This document shows positions 9,905-21,341 of a stretch of DNA of 64,000 bases, one piece after another; the stretch's first letter is position 1, and every line of letters starts with the position of its first letter. The position numbers and the translations under genes were made by a program. The notes below the pieces were generated by a model, which did not search any database, was not told the DNA's origin, and was given only the letters and a program-made list of their open reading frames with translations. The DNA comes from an uncultured bacterium (GTDB taxonomy: Bacteria; Patescibacteriota; Dojkabacteria; SC72), in contig CAIVJR010000003.1 in assembly GCA_903906305.1 (NCBI GenBank), forward strand, positions 58,875 through 122,874. The letters run 5' to 3'.

Positions 9905-10243
9905 ATGAGAGTCAAAGGTGGAACAGTAAGATCAAGAAAACATAATAAAATCCTAAAGGCAACTAAGGGATACAGAATGAGCAAAAATCATTTATATAGA
10001 GTTGCACACGAAGCTTTCATGCACGCTGGTCAATATGCATACAATGCAAGACAGAAGAGACAAGCACAGATTAGAAAACTTTGGATAAACAGAATCAATG
10101 CAGCATGTAAGAACAATGGTATTCAATACAAGGACTTAATCGGTGGAATGAAAACAAAGAATATTGAATTAAATAGAATGGTATTAGCAGATATTGCATA
10201 CAACAATCCTTCAGTCTTTACATTTGTAGTAAAATCTCTTTAG
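9905..10243 (+). CDS. rplT: 50S ribosomal protein L20
   Basis: MRVKGG, KGYR, RKLWINRINAA and LNRMVLADIA. Confidence 0.97.
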   Translation: MRVKGGTVRSRKHNKILKATKGYRMSKNHLYRVAHEAFMHAGQYAYNARQKRQAQIRKLWINRINAACKNNGIQYKDLIGGMKTKNIELNRMVLADIAYNNPSVFTFVVKSL

Positions 10244-10264
10244 AGTTCTTTACTTTTGATATAT

Positions 10265-10295
10265 AAAGGACTCTGCAAAGAGTCCTTTTTCTTTT
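10265..10295 (+). terminator. Intrinsic terminator after rplT
   Basis: aaaggactct-GCAA-agagtccttt followed by a T-rich tail. Confidence 0.85.
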
Positions 10296-10320
10296 TAAAC
10301 AAACAATATACAATATAACC

Positions 10321-11343
10321 ATGGATAACAATCTAGAAAAAATACAGGTCCAGTTACAAAAAGATACCAATCTCTCATACGAAGAACTCAAAACCAAATA
10401 TCTAAGTACAAATGGACTTTTAACACTTGCGATGAAGGCCATAGCCTCCATTCCAAATGATCAAAAAGCTACATACGGACAAAATGTAAACCAGTTAAAA
10501 AGTAGTGTAACTGAATTACTAGATCAAAAGAAAAATCAATCATTGGTATACTCTCCAAACAATAGAATAGATCCAACTGCTCCATTCGATGTAAATACTC
10601 CAAAGAATGATAGACCAGAGATATGGGATATCAAAGGAACTAAGCATCCATTACATAAAGAAGTAGAAAAATTAGTAGAAATATTCCAAAGAATGGGGTT
10701 TGATGTAATGGAAAGTAAACAGATGGATGATGATTACCATATGTTTGAATCATTGAACTTCCCAGTAGGACATCCTGCAAGAGATATGTATGATACCTTC
10801 TGGACAGAAGATGGATTTGTATTACCCGCTCACACCTCTACAATGCAAAATAGGGCACTCAAACAGTTCGAGCCTCCAATCAGAGTAGTATTACCCGGAA
10901 GAGTGTTTAGACACGAAGCTACGGACGCTAGTCATGGTCATACGTTCTACCAGATGGAGGGAATATATGTAGACAAGGGTATTTCATTAGCAAATATGAA
11001 AGCAACTATAAAAACATTCTTAGAAGCATACCTTGAAACTGATTTAGAAGTAAGAATTCAGCCATCATTCTTCCCATTCACAGAGCCAGATTGTGAGTTT
11101 GTCATAAGCTGTCCTTTCTGTAACAAAACCGGATGCTCCACATGTGGACATTCAGGATGGATAGAATTAATGGGATGTGGAATGATTCATCCAAATGTAT
11201 TAACACAAGGCGGAATAGATCCAGAAGTATACAGTGGATTCGCATGGGGATTTGGAGTAGACAGATTAACAATGATAAAACTAGCAATAAATGATATACG
11301 ATATCTCAGAGACTCGAACCTTAACTTCTTAAGACAATTTTAA
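10321..11343 (+). CDS. pheS: Phenylalanine--tRNA ligase alpha subunit
   Basis: HPARDMYDTF, PGRVFRHE, FPFTEP and GFAWGFGVDR; CPFC..CSTC knuckle. Confidence 0.98.
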   Translation: MDNNLEKIQVQLQKDTNLSYEELKTKYLSTNGLLTLAMKAIASIPNDQKATYGQNVNQLKSSVTELLDQKKNQSLVYSPNNRIDPTAPFDVNTPKNDRPEIWDIKGTKHPLHKEVEKLVEIFQRMGFDVMESKQMDDDYHMFESLNFPVGHPARDMYDTFWTEDGFVLPAHTSTMQNRALKQFEPPIRVVLPGRVFRHEATDASHGHTFYQMEGIYVDKGISLANMKATIKTFLEAYLETDLEVRIQPSFFPFTEPDCEFVISCPFCNKTGCSTCGHSGWIELMGCGMIHPNVLTQGGIDPEVYSGFAWGFGVDRLTMIKLAINDIRYLRDSNLNFLRQF

Positions 11344-11345
11344 TT

Positions 11346-13832
11346 ATGAAAATATCTGTAAATCTACTAAAACAGTTAGGTAAAATTGATAAATCTAACG
11401 AAGAGATAGTGAAAGGTATTAAAGAGCATATCGGTGAGGTAGAGAGCTATCAGGACCTCGCAGAAGACTATTCTGACATCATAGTAGCAGAGATCAAAGA
11501 GAAGAAAGATCATCCAAATGCAGATAAGCTCGGGGTATATCAACTAAATATTGGGGAGGAGAAATTAGTACAGGTATTAGCAGGAGACAAGACATTGGTA
11601 GTAGGTGACAAAGTCGCATATTTAAAACCTGGAGCAAAGGTCCCATACACAATATATACAGAAGAGAAACCATTCATAATTCAATCTAGAGACATGAGAG
11701 GAATGCTATCCGACGGAATGATGGGATCCGAAAAAGAACTCAATCTTGGAAATGACCATACAATAGTTATGCGTCTTCCAGATGATGCTCCTGTAGGGAA
11801 ATCCTTCGCAGAATACTACGACTTAGATGATTTCATAATTGATATTGAAAACAAGGCATTAACAAATAGGGGAGACCTATTCGGAATTTTAGGTTTAGCT
11901 AGAGAACTTACTGTGATATTTGGAAAACCATTTAATACGCCCGTTTGGTATTTAGATAACACAAAGAATCTACGAGAAGAAAGTAGCTGTCTGGGTTTAA
12001 ACATTATTAATGATGCGGAGGTACTTTGCCCAAGATACACCGCAATTGCAATGGATAATATCGTAGTAGAAGAATCTCCAATGTGGTTAAAGAGTGCGTT
12101 GATAAAATTTGGATACAAGCCTATCAATAATATTGTAGACGTTACAAACTACATTTCTCAACTTTCAGGACAACCCCTTCATGCATTTGATTATGACAAA
12201 GTAATATCAAATGATCCAAACAAAAATAGCTCAGCAAACATAACTATTCGAATGGCAAGAGAAGGGGAGAGTATCTTAGGATTAGATGAAAAAGTACATG
12301 AATTAAACGATCGTGTCATGATTATATCTGACAGTACCAATCCATTAGCCATTGCAGGAATAATGGGAGGATCCGAGACAGAAGTAGATAACAATACACA
12401 AAGAATAATCATAGAGTGTGCGAATTTTGATAAAACAAATATTAGAAAAACTTCAATGCTACTTGGACTAAATACTGAAGCTGGTACAAAGTTCAAGCAT
12501 GCCTTAGATCCTAACCAATGTATTCCAGTATTGAAGGAAACTGTAAGAATGGTTAAAGAATTAACTAAGGCAACCATTGCTTCTGATATCATTGATATAT
12601 ATCCAACGGTTGAAGAAGAAAGAAATATAACTCTCTCCATTGTAAAGATAAACTCACACTTAGGACTAGATTTACAAAAAGAAACAATATCCCAAATCCT
12701 TACAAATTTAGAATACAAAATTGTTAAAGATGATGATGATTTCCTAACCGTATTAGTTCCAAGTTGGAGAAAGGACGTTAATATTAAAGAAGATATTCAT
12801 GAGGATATTGGAAGAATATTTGGATACAACAATGTAGAGTCAATATTACCATTAAGAAATCTCATTCCAGCAAAGGATAATGCAATATTCACATTAAAAA
12901 AGAAAATCCGCCAGATCCTTGCAGATAGTGGGGCTAATGAAACAGATACCTACAGTTTCATCGATATTGTTACATTAGAGAAAGCTAATCTTGATGCCAA
13001 CAAAGCATATAAGTTAAAGAATGCACTAGCGCCAGAATTGGCATTAATGAGAACATCACTCATTCCTTCATTGTTGCTTAAAACACAGATGAACTTGCAA
13101 GAGGGATATGACAAATTCATTCTCTATGAAATGAATATTCCACATATCCAAGGTTATGTAGATGAAAATAAATTACCAAGAGAAGATTGGCATCTTTCAT
13201 CAGTTATTACCTCAATTGAAAAACGAAATGACTCTGCATATTACATTGCTAAGAGATATGTTGAGAAAATTCTTAATACATTAAATATTAAGGATATTGA
13301 ATATACTTTGCTTTCTGAATATTCTGAGGAAAAACTTACAGAGGATTTCAAGAATAGTATATATATGTTTGATAGAAATACTTCTGCTGTAATAACTGCT
13401 GGTGATGTAGTACTTGGTATAGTAGGGGAATTGGATAACAAGGTAAAGATGAATTTCAAATTACCTAAATATTCAGCAGCATTTGATATTAATCTTAATG
13501 TATTAAATACAATAGAGATTAAGAATAGTGCATATGTTGAAATGCCTAAGTATCCTGAGAGTAGGGTAGACCTATGTGTAGAGGCTGAAGATGAGATTAG
13601 ATACAAAGATCTATATGATGTTGTATTTAAGGAGATTAATAACGATGATATGAAGGGAACTGTTTCTTGTATTGATATCTACAAAGCAAATGAGAAAGCC
13701 ACAATGAAGAGGATTACATTTGGAATAGCTGTAAAGAATTTTAATAAAACACTAAACGACAAGGATATAAAAGTCATAACGGAGAAGATAATCAAACAGC
13801 TAGAAAAGACTTACTCTGTGAAGATAATATAA
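11346..13832 (+). CDS. pheT: Phenylalanine--tRNA ligase beta subunit
   Basis: HPNADKL, NRGDLFGILGLARE, INNIVDVTNY, GQPLHAFD and PSWRKDV. Confidence 0.97.
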   Translation: MKISVNLLKQLGKIDKSNEEIVKGIKEHIGEVESYQDLAEDYSDIIVAEIKEKKDHPNADKLGVYQLNIGEEKLVQVLAGDKTLVVGDKVAYLKPGAKVPYTIYTEEKPFIIQSRDMRGMLSDGMMGSEKELNLGNDHTIVMRLPDDAPVGKSFAEYYDLDDFIIDIENKALTNRGDLFGILGLARELTVIFGKPFNTPVWYLDNTKNLREESSCLGLNIINDAEVLCPRYTAIAMDNIVVEESPMWLKSALIKFGYKPINNIVDVTNYISQLSGQPLHAFDYDKVISNDPNKNSSANITIRMAREGESILGLDEKVHELNDRVMIISDSTNPLAIAGIMGGSETEVDNNTQRIIIECANFDKTNIRKTSMLLGLNTEAGTKFKHALDPNQCIPVLKETVRMVKELTKATIASDIIDIYPTVEEERNITLSIVKINSHLGLDLQKETISQILTNLEYKIVKDDDDFLTVLVPSWRKDVNIKEDIHEDIGRIFGYNNVESILPLRNLIPAKDNAIFTLKKKIRQILADSGANETDTYSFIDIVTLEKANLDANKAYKLKNALAPELALMRTSLIPSLLLKTQMNLQEGYDKFILYEMNIPHIQGYVDENKLPREDWHLSSVITSIEKRNDSAYYIAKRYVEKILNTLNIKDIEYTLLSEYSEEKLTEDFKNSIYMFDRNTSAVITAGDVVLGIVGELDNKVKMNFKLPKYSAAFDINLNVLNTIEIKNSAYVEMPKYPESRVDLCVEAEDEIRYKDLYDVVFKEINNDDMKGTVSCIDIYKANEKATMKRITFGIAVKNFNKTLNDKDIKVITEKIIKQLEKTYSVKII

Positions 13833-13841
13833 TATCTAATT

Positions 13842-16526
13842 CTATATTGGTGGTAGTGTAGCTACTTCAACATTTATACTTACGCTTGCACTTGCCGTTT
13901 TACCTGCACTATCAGTTACATTCACTGTAACAGTATGAACTCCCAAGGTGGTACCAACAGGAATTGTATAATTTACTACATATGATCCATTTGATTGTAT
14001 CGTAGCTCCAGAAATTGGGACGGCATCAAATGTAACACCGAAATTGGAAATACTTCCTGCGAATGCTACCGATCCAGAAATTTCTAAACTACCACTAACA
14101 TTTACAGTTTGATTTGCAGTTGGTTTCGTAATATCAACAACAGGAGCATTATCTACACCTAAAGGAACAGTACAGTTTGCAGTTGCAGGATCTGAGGTAA
14201 GATATACAGAACCTTCCATCTCTAACAGATATTTGTCATACGCACCTTGCTGTAATGTATTTGCTAACTTTGTTGAGAGAACATACTTAGTTGTTGTTAG
14301 TCCATACTTTTGAGCTATTGATAGATTGTCTGGTATCAAATTATTTGCTTTACATACTTCAACCGCTTTACGATTATCAACTTGTGGGGCTCCACCCTCG
14401 ACAAATATTGATGCTTCCTTGTTACAATTAACACCCTCAGCTGGAGAAGCTCCAGTATCAGTACATACTGTTGTTGAAAGGATTCCCGCAGGTCTACTGT
14501 AAGTTTCTGGGACATATCTATCCGCTACTCTCTTAACAAAAGAATTCGCAATACGAAGAGGAATAGTAGAACCCCAAGCTCCCGGAGCAACCTCTCCATT
14601 GTTATTTCCATTCCAAACAGCAACTACCAACTTCTGATGGTAAATGATTGTTGTTAAGTCCTTAGGACCATCTGTAGTACCAGTTTTTCCACAAACTCTC
14701 TTACCATTTATAGTGTAGTACCCATTATCTGGTCTATCTCCAAAACCACCAAGATCACACAACATCCAGTTAACTGCATATATTTGCTTTTCTTCAAAGA
14801 CACGTTTACCTTCTTGAGCTTGATATTCTTCAAGAACTTCACCACTGGATGATTCTACTTTGAGAATAGGGGATACATCATATTTCAAACCGCCATTTGC
14901 GAGTACGGTATATGCCATAGCATGTTCTAGTAAAGTTTCTTCTCCAGAACCTAGAGCTAAACTTAATCCATATCCAGCTTTGTTAGCTAAACTTGTAATT
15001 CCAACTGCCTCTGCAGTTTGTAAAAAGCTATCAATTCCAACTGTTTGCAATGTATATACCGCAGGAACATTTCTAGAGTACACTAATGCTTTTCTCGCAG
15101 TCATTAACCCCATATTCTTGCTATCCCAGTTCTTTGGATCATATGTACCAAATGATATTTGCTCCAAATCTGGAGTAACTGTTCCAGGACCAAAACCTTT
15201 TTGAACAGCTGTAAGATATACAAATGGCTTAATAGATGAACCCATCTGTCTTTGACTCAATGCAATATTTACATTTCCATCTACTCGAGGGTCTTCAATA
15301 TTCCAATAATCAACAGAACCAACCATAGCCAAAACTTGCCCATTGTTTGGATCCATTACCACCATTGCACCATTATTAATATTGTTTTTCTTTGCGTTAT
15401 CAACACCCTTTGAAACTTCTTCTTCTGCAATTTCTTGTACAGGGTAATCCAAAGTTGTTGTTACCTTTAACCCACCTTTTTCTACACGATCAATACCATA
15501 TTTTTCAACAAGTAATTGTTTAACATAGAAGACAAAATGAGGGGCTTTAATATCAATCTTTTTAGTACTGTATACTAACTCCTCATTCTTAGCCGCTTCA
15601 ACTTCTTCCTCTGTTACTCCAGTTAAATCCTTATGCTTAAGCATCTGAGCTAATACATAGCTTTGTCGTTCTTTAGCCATATCAGGATTAGTTCCATACA
15701 ATGGGGAATACACACCAGGGCTTTGGATGAGGCCCGCAATTACTGCACTTTCAGCAAGAGTCAATTCACTAACATCCTTTGCAAAATATGCATTGGCTGC
15801 AGCTTGTAATCCATAGTTAACACCACCCAGTGGCACTTCATTAAGATACAGTTGAAGAATTTGGTCCTTGGTAAATGTCTGTTCAACCTGCATTGTAATT
15901 AAGATTTCCTTAATTTTACGAGTATATTTCTGTTGATATGCTTCATCTCCAAGCACATCGTAAAGAATTGTGTTTTTTATCAATTGCTGAGTAATAGTGC
16001 TTGCTCCTCTTGTGATGCCTCCCGCCTTTAGATTTGCCAATGCTGCAGAAATAATACCTTTGTAGTCAACACCTTTGTGCTGATAGAACTCGATATCCTC
16101 AGCAGCTATTACTGCCCATTTGGTTTTCTCTGGGATCTTATCTATTGATACAAACTCTCTATTCTGGTTTCCATATATTGTATAGAGGATAGTCCCATTT
16201 CTATCCAAGATCTGTGTACTTTCGTCAGAACTTCTCGTAACTAATTCATCTGGAGAAGGAAGCGATTTTTGTATATTTTTAAGATATATTCCAACGGCTA
16301 AAAGGATAATACAACCAATGAAGAATACGATTCCAACAAGTATATACAATATCTTCCTCATCTTTGGTTTCATTGGCTTCTTGTCTTTACCACCTCTTGT
16401 AGGTTTACTTACACTTTTATTACTGAATTTCTTAAACACATTATATGTCGAAAAACCACCAGCGCTACGCACTGGACGCCTTGTTGTTTGAGTTCGTGAA
16501 TTTGACATGCCTACACTATATTTCAT
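13842..16526 (-). CDS. Bifunctional class A penicillin-binding protein (GT51 + transpeptidase) with C-terminal Ig-like domain
   Basis: N-terminal TM; AEDIEFYQHKG and GASTITQQL; SxxK (GSSIK), SxN (SRN) and KTG motifs. Confidence 0.95.
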   Translation of the reverse strand: MKYSVGMSNSRTQTTRRPVRSAGGFSTYNVFKKFSNKSVSKPTRGGKDKKPMKPKMRKILYILVGIVFFIGCIILLAVGIYLKNIQKSLPSPDELVTRSSDESTQILDRNGTILYTIYGNQNREFVSIDKIPEKTKWAVIAAEDIEFYQHKGVDYKGIISAALANLKAGGITRGASTITQQLIKNTILYDVLGDEAYQQKYTRKIKEILITMQVEQTFTKDQILQLYLNEVPLGGVNYGLQAAANAYFAKDVSELTLAESAVIAGLIQSPGVYSPLYGTNPDMAKERQSYVLAQMLKHKDLTGVTEEEVEAAKNEELVYSTKKIDIKAPHFVFYVKQLLVEKYGIDRVEKGGLKVTTTLDYPVQEIAEEEVSKGVDNAKKNNINNGAMVVMDPNNGQVLAMVGSVDYWNIEDPRVDGNVNIALSQRQMGSSIKPFVYLTAVQKGFGPGTVTPDLEQISFGTYDPKNWDSKNMGLMTARKALVYSRNVPAVYTLQTVGIDSFLQTAEAVGITSLANKAGYGLSLALGSGEETLLEHAMAYTVLANGGLKYDVSPILKVESSSGEVLEEYQAQEGKRVFEEKQIYAVNWMLCDLGGFGDRPDNGYYTINGKRVCGKTGTTDGPKDLTTIIYHQKLVVAVWNGNNNGEVAPGAWGSTIPLRIANSFVKRVADRYVPETYSRPAGILSTTVCTDTGASPAEGVNCNKEASIFVEGGAPQVDNRKAVEVCKANNLIPDNLSIAQKYGLTTTKYVLSTKLANTLQQGAYDKYLLEMEGSVYLTSDPATANCTVPLGVDNAPVVDITKPTANQTVNVSGSLEISGSVAFAGSISNFGVTFDAVPISGATIQSNGSYVVNYTIPVGTTLGVHTVTVNVTDSAGKTASASVSINVEVATLPPI

Positions 16527-16630
16527 TAGAATTTCGGTCTATTGGCAGCTTATATATATACATTGAATATATATAATTTAGCGTTTTTATTCAAGTCCGC
16601 AGGAGAATGAGTATGTGATATAATTTTCAA

Positions 16631-17923
16631 ATGGAAACCAAATTGCAAACAACACCTTACAAAGGAACAACTGATACATATCCTCAGGATATGTTAGTAC
16701 GAAATTTCATGTTCAATACATGGACTTCTGTTGCTAAAAGATTTGGATTTGAAGAATACGATACTCCTTTAATAGAAGAGACTACATTGTACATTGCTAA
16801 ATCAGGTGATGAAATTGCATCTACGCAGCTATACAACTTCACAGATAAGGGTGGGAGAGAGATAGCCATTAGGCCTGAAATGACTCCTTCGTTAGCTCGA
16901 ATGATTGCAGCTAAGAAAAACGAACTTACATTACCTTTGAAATGGTTCAATATTGGTAAGTATTACAGATATGAAAAGCCACAGAAGGGTAGGAGAAGAG
17001 AGTTTGTTCAATTAAATGTAGATATATTCGGAGTACCAACCTTGGAAGCAGAGTTAGAAATTTTCCAATATATTCTTGCCGTTATGGAAGAGTTTAAAGC
17101 TCCAAAGGAAACATATGAGTTGAGAGTGAATAACCGATACCTTTTGAATTACCTTTTCGAAGATATTTTAAAGCTTTCGGATGAAAAGAAGGGTAAGGTT
17201 GGAAGAGCAATAGATAACTACACTAAACTTGGAAGAGAGGCTTTCATTGAATATTTGAAAGAATTAGAACTAAATGACAAACAAGTAGAGCAAGTATTGG
17301 AATTTTTGAAATGGACTTTAGAAGATTTAAAAAAGATTGCAGACAAATCAGAAGGTGCTGCTCAACTACTTGAACTCTTTGCTAAAGCAAAAGAATTAGG
17401 TTTAACCAATATCAGGTTTGAACCATCCATAATGAGAGGATTACTTTACTACACAGGAACTGTTATAGAAATGTTTGATATTGGAAGTAAAGATAATCCA
17501 AGAGCATTGCTTGGTGGTGGTAGATATGATGATCTACTTACAATATTTGGTGAAGAGAAACTTCCAGCTTTTGGTTTCGCATGGGGTGATATTGTTTTAG
17601 AAGACTACTTGAAAACATACAACCTCATTCCAACTACCAAAACTGATACAAAGGTATTTCTACCACTTTTCGACACTAAGCTATATACATATATTCAAGG
17701 TATAGCAAAGCAATTAAGAGAAAAAGGCATAAATACCGAAGCACAGATGACTGCAATCAAGTTCGGAAATCAACTTAAATATGCTTCAAAGAAGAATATT
17801 CCATGGGTTATGATAATTGGTGATGATGAAATTAATGCAAAGAAAGTTCAACTTAAGAACATGGCGACTGGGGAACAGAATCTTGTTACATTGGAAGAAG
17901 CTATGAAAATAATCAATTCGTAA
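16631..17923 (+). CDS. hisS: Histidine--tRNA ligase
   Basis: RPEMTPSLAR, YRYEKPQKGRRREF, RGLLYYTG and GGGRYD. Confidence 0.97.
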   Translation: METKLQTTPYKGTTDTYPQDMLVRNFMFNTWTSVAKRFGFEEYDTPLIEETTLYIAKSGDEIASTQLYNFTDKGGREIAIRPEMTPSLARMIAAKKNELTLPLKWFNIGKYYRYEKPQKGRRREFVQLNVDIFGVPTLEAELEIFQYILAVMEEFKAPKETYELRVNNRYLLNYLFEDILKLSDEKKGKVGRAIDNYTKLGREAFIEYLKELELNDKQVEQVLEFLKWTLEDLKKIADKSEGAAQLLELFAKAKELGLTNIRFEPSIMRGLLYYTGTVIEMFDIGSKDNPRALLGGGRYDDLLTIFGEEKLPAFGFAWGDIVLEDYLKTYNLIPTTKTDTKVFLPLFDTKLYTYIQGIAKQLREKGINTEAQMTAIKFGNQLKYASKKNIPWVMIIGDDEINAKKVQLKNMATGEQNLVTLEEAMKIINS

Positions 17924-17958
17924 GTTTTTTGTAAGAATCACAGGTCTAGAATATACCT

Positions 17959-18657
17959 ATGATTGAAGCTACGAAGAAAATTCTTTGCATAACCAATAAT
18001 TTCACTTACAAGGAACAACTCCGACGAATATCCTCCTCTCACCCCAATATCTCCCTCATTTTCGTTTCGAATATTTCCAATGCTATTCTAGATTTGCAAA
18101 CAAAAAAATTTACCTTAATCATCATCGAGGATGATTGCTTTGCACAAAATGTTGCAATATCGTGTCAGTTACTCTCCACTCTCATTTCATTATGCATGAA
18201 CCAATACACTCTAATTATAGTCCCTAGATTAGATGAAGCTTACTTTACAAAATATATTCAAAAAGGATTTACATATATTGTAGATATGACTACAACTAAA
18301 TATCTTTTACCTGCAGTTCTAAAATATATTGAGGAATTTAAATCTCAAAGACCGCGACCAGAAAAGATATCTCACAAAGGATTAATACTGGATACTCAAT
18401 CTCACTACATTATCTTTAAGAATTGTAGGATACAAATGCATTCAATGTGGATCGTTATCCTGCATTTCTTAATTAAACAAAATAGCTGTTGCGATATTGC
18501 AAAAATTCAAAAATATTTAGAAATAATCTTCGAAAGATCAATTTCCCAATCATGTATCTCAGCAAATATCCATAGATTAAATAAACGGGTAAAATGCGCA
18601 ACAGGGATAGATATAATTAAGAATCGATATGGGGTAGGCTACTATCTAGTTCTCTAG
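17959..18657 (+). CDS. Orphan OmpR/PhoB-like winged-helix regulator with degenerate receiver domain
   Basis: C-terminal 'NIHRLNKRV...IIKNRYGVGYYL' winged-helix signature; the receiver-like N-terminus lacks the canonical acidic residues. Confidence 0.65.
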   Translation: MIEATKKILCITNNFTYKEQLRRISSSHPNISLIFVSNISNAILDLQTKKFTLIIIEDDCFAQNVAISCQLLSTLISLCMNQYTLIIVPRLDEAYFTKYIQKGFTYIVDMTTTKYLLPAVLKYIEEFKSQRPRPEKISHKGLILDTQSHYIIFKNCRIQMHSMWIVILHFLIKQNSCCDIAKIQKYLEIIFERSISQSCISANIHRLNKRVKCATGIDIIKNRYGVGYYLVL

Positions 18658-21251
18658 ATCTTTTTCTTCCACTCAGCTATCTTGTTTAATGCCTCTATTG
18701 GGGTCAGGTTATCCAGATTCAATTTCTGTATCTCTTGCTCAACCTCAGAATCCTTGGCTGTAAACAATGGCATTTGGAAAGTATTTGGAGCATATGGTTT
18801 CTTTGAGGAAAAAGCATCCATATCTCTCAGTTCATTTTTAGACTCAAACATATTCTTCTGCTCAAAACCCTCAAGTATTTCATTTGCACGTTTTATGACC
18901 TTCATTGGAAGTCCAGCCATTTTAGCTACATAGATTCCATAGCTTCGGTCAGTACCACCTTTAACAATCTTCCTTAAGAATATGACTGTTCCTTTTTCTA
19001 AATCTTCTTCGACTAATACATTGTAATTTTGCACACTGTCTGGGAATTTTTCTGCTAGTTTCAGAAGCTCATGATAGTGGGTAGCGAATAGGGTACGGGC
19101 CTTGTTTTCATTAACCAAGTATTCAGCTATTGCCCATGCAATACTTACACCATCGTATGTACTTGTACCACGTCCGACTTCATCAAGAACAATAAGGCTG
19201 TACTTCGTAGCATTGTTAATAATGTTTGCAGCTTCATCCATTTCCACCATGAAAGTACTTCTTCCTCTAGAAAGATCATCAGATGCTCCAACTCTTGTAA
19301 ATATCCTATCTACTATCGATATCTCCGCCTCTGATGCAGGTACAAAACTTCCTAATTGCGCCATCAAGGTTATAGTTGCTACCTGTCGTATATATGTAGA
19401 TTTACCTGACATATTAGGTCCAGTAAGAATAGCCATGTTGGATTCTTCAAAGTTGAGGAAGGTGTCATTAGATATGAATTCTTCTGAAGATATTTTCTCA
19501 ACGATAGGATGTCTTCCTTTTTTAATATCAATAATTCCATTCTTCTCTCCAATCTCATATATCTTTGGTTTTACATATTCATTCTGCGAAGCAACAAAAG
19601 CGAAGTTAGCTAGTACATCGGTATTGGCAATGAAGGTAGCCACTTTGTGTAATGTCTCAAGGTGAGGTATAAAGGTATCTCTGAATTCTGAGAATAGCTT
19701 GTATTCTAATGCTCCAATCTTTTCTTGAGCATTAAGAATGATATCTTCCTTGGCTTTTAATTCCTCGGTTATGAATCTTTCTGCATTTACCAATGTCTGT
19801 TTTCGTATATATCTCTCTGGTACTTTTGTTAAATGGGAATTAGTTACCTCTATGTAATATCCAAATACTTTGTTGAAACTAATTTTGAGCGAAGTAATTC
19901 CTGTTTTAGCCTTCTCATCTTCTTCAAACTGTTTTAGCCATGATTTACTATCCCCACTTAAGGATCGAAGTTCATCTACTTCTGGATTAAAGCCGGTCTT
20001 TATAATCCATCCATCGGTTATGGTAGTAGGTGGATCATCAGTTATAGTTGCTTCGATTTGTGTAATTAGTTTCTCAAGAGTTGTGGTATCAATATCTTCC
20101 GTAGCTATATCTAATTCCTTTTTTAGTATTTCAGCTATTTCTAATGCATTTTTTAATGATACTTGTAGTGCATTGAAATCTCTTCCATTAGCTCGGTTTA
20201 ATCCAATCTTTCCAACAATTCGATCTATATCGTTAATATTTTCTAACTTGCTTCGTATATCTGTTAGACACTCTTGTTTGTTGTATAGCTTTTCTACTAT
20301 GTTTAATCTTTCATCTATACTCTTCTTGTCTATGAGTGGATTTAATATCCATGAATAGAGTAATCTTCTTCCCATTCGAGTAGAGGTTTGATCTAGTACT
20401 CCAAAGAGTGAGTCTGATATGTTTCCACTGTATGCACTTGCTACTAGTTCTAGATTTCTAATGGTTGCTCTGTCTAGGATCATTGTTCTGTCTGTATTTA
20501 CTCGTTTTGGTTTGAGTATGTGCTTTGGATCCATGAGTTGGGTTTCTTTGATGTACTGTAATCCCATACCTACGGCTATGATATCTCCATTGTCTTGGGA
20601 TATATCCAAGCTTTCCATATTTTTAATATCGTAGAATTCTTTTACTATTTCTGTTGCATAGTCTTTGTTTTTTAATCCTTTTTCTACAAAATGTACTGGG
20701 GTATTTGGAAAGAGTAGGGTGTCTTCTCCTTCTATGACTAGTATCTCTTCTGGGTAATATGAGGAGAGGATATTGCTTACACTGTTCTCTGTATATTTCT
20801 CGGTTATGAGTAGTGATTCTCCTGTAGATACATCACACAGGGATACTGAGAGGGTTTTCTTTTCTAAGTAGAAGCTTGCTAGGTAGGAATTTTTTACGGC
20901 ATTGGCTTCGTCTCCGTCTAGGGTTCCGGGTGTTACTATTCTTGTTACTCCTCGTTTGACTATTCCTTTTGCAAATTTGGGGTCTTCTAATTGGTCTACT
21001 ACTACTACACAGTAGCCTGCTGCTATTAACTTTGGTAGGTATTGGTCTATGGCTTTGTGCGGGAATCCTGCTAATGGTACTTTGTTGTTTTCTTTGTTTC
21101 TAGCGGTTAGGGTTATGTTTAATACTTTGGCTGTTAGTTTGGCATCGTCTCCAAAGGATTCGAAGAAATCTCCCATTCTGTACAAGAGTATTTTATCTGG
21201 GTATTGCTTCTTAAAACCCATATATTGTTTCATCATTGGTGTATCTTCCAT
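18654..21251 (-). CDS. mutS: DNA mismatch repair protein MutS
   Basis: TPMMKQY, RMGDFFESF, TGPNMSGKSTY, STFMVEM, DEVGRGTST and FATHYHEL. Start placed at 21251, 8 nt after an extended -10 TGaTATACT; 21269 is the alternative. Confidence 0.97.
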   Translation of the reverse strand: MEDTPMMKQYMGFKKQYPDKILLYRMGDFFESFGDDAKLTAKVLNITLTARNKENNKVPLAGFPHKAIDQYLPKLIAAGYCVVVVDQLEDPKFAKGIVKRGVTRIVTPGTLDGDEANAVKNSYLASFYLEKKTLSVSLCDVSTGESLLITEKYTENSVSNILSSYYPEEILVIEGEDTLLFPNTPVHFVEKGLKNKDYATEIVKEFYDIKNMESLDISQDNGDIIAVGMGLQYIKETQLMDPKHILKPKRVNTDRTMILDRATIRNLELVASAYSGNISDSLFGVLDQTSTRMGRRLLYSWILNPLIDKKSIDERLNIVEKLYNKQECLTDIRSKLENINDIDRIVGKIGLNRANGRDFNALQVSLKNALEIAEILKKELDIATEDIDTTTLEKLITQIEATITDDPPTTITDGWIIKTGFNPEVDELRSLSGDSKSWLKQFEEDEKAKTGITSLKISFNKVFGYYIEVTNSHLTKVPERYIRKQTLVNAERFITEELKAKEDIILNAQEKIGALEYKLFSEFRDTFIPHLETLHKVATFIANTDVLANFAFVASQNEYVKPKIYEIGEKNGIIDIKKGRHPIVEKISSEEFISNDTFLNFEESNMAILTGPNMSGKSTYIRQVATITLMAQLGSFVPASEAEISIVDRIFTRVGASDDLSRGRSTFMVEMDEAANIINNATKYSLIVLDEVGRGTSTYDGVSIAWAIAEYLVNENKARTLFATHYHELLKLAEKFPDSVQNYNVLVEEDLEKGTVIFLRKIVKGGTDRSYGIYVAKMAGLPMKVIKRANEILEGFEQKNMFESKNELRDMDAFSSKKPYAPNTFQMPLFTAKDSEVEQEIQKLNLDNLTPIEALNKIAEWKKKI

Positions 21252-21341
21252 GTATGGAAAGTATATCATAGAAACCTATAATGAGAGAAATGGGGGAAAC
21301 AAAAGAGTATAATTAAAATATATAAGTTAAGCTAAAAAATT

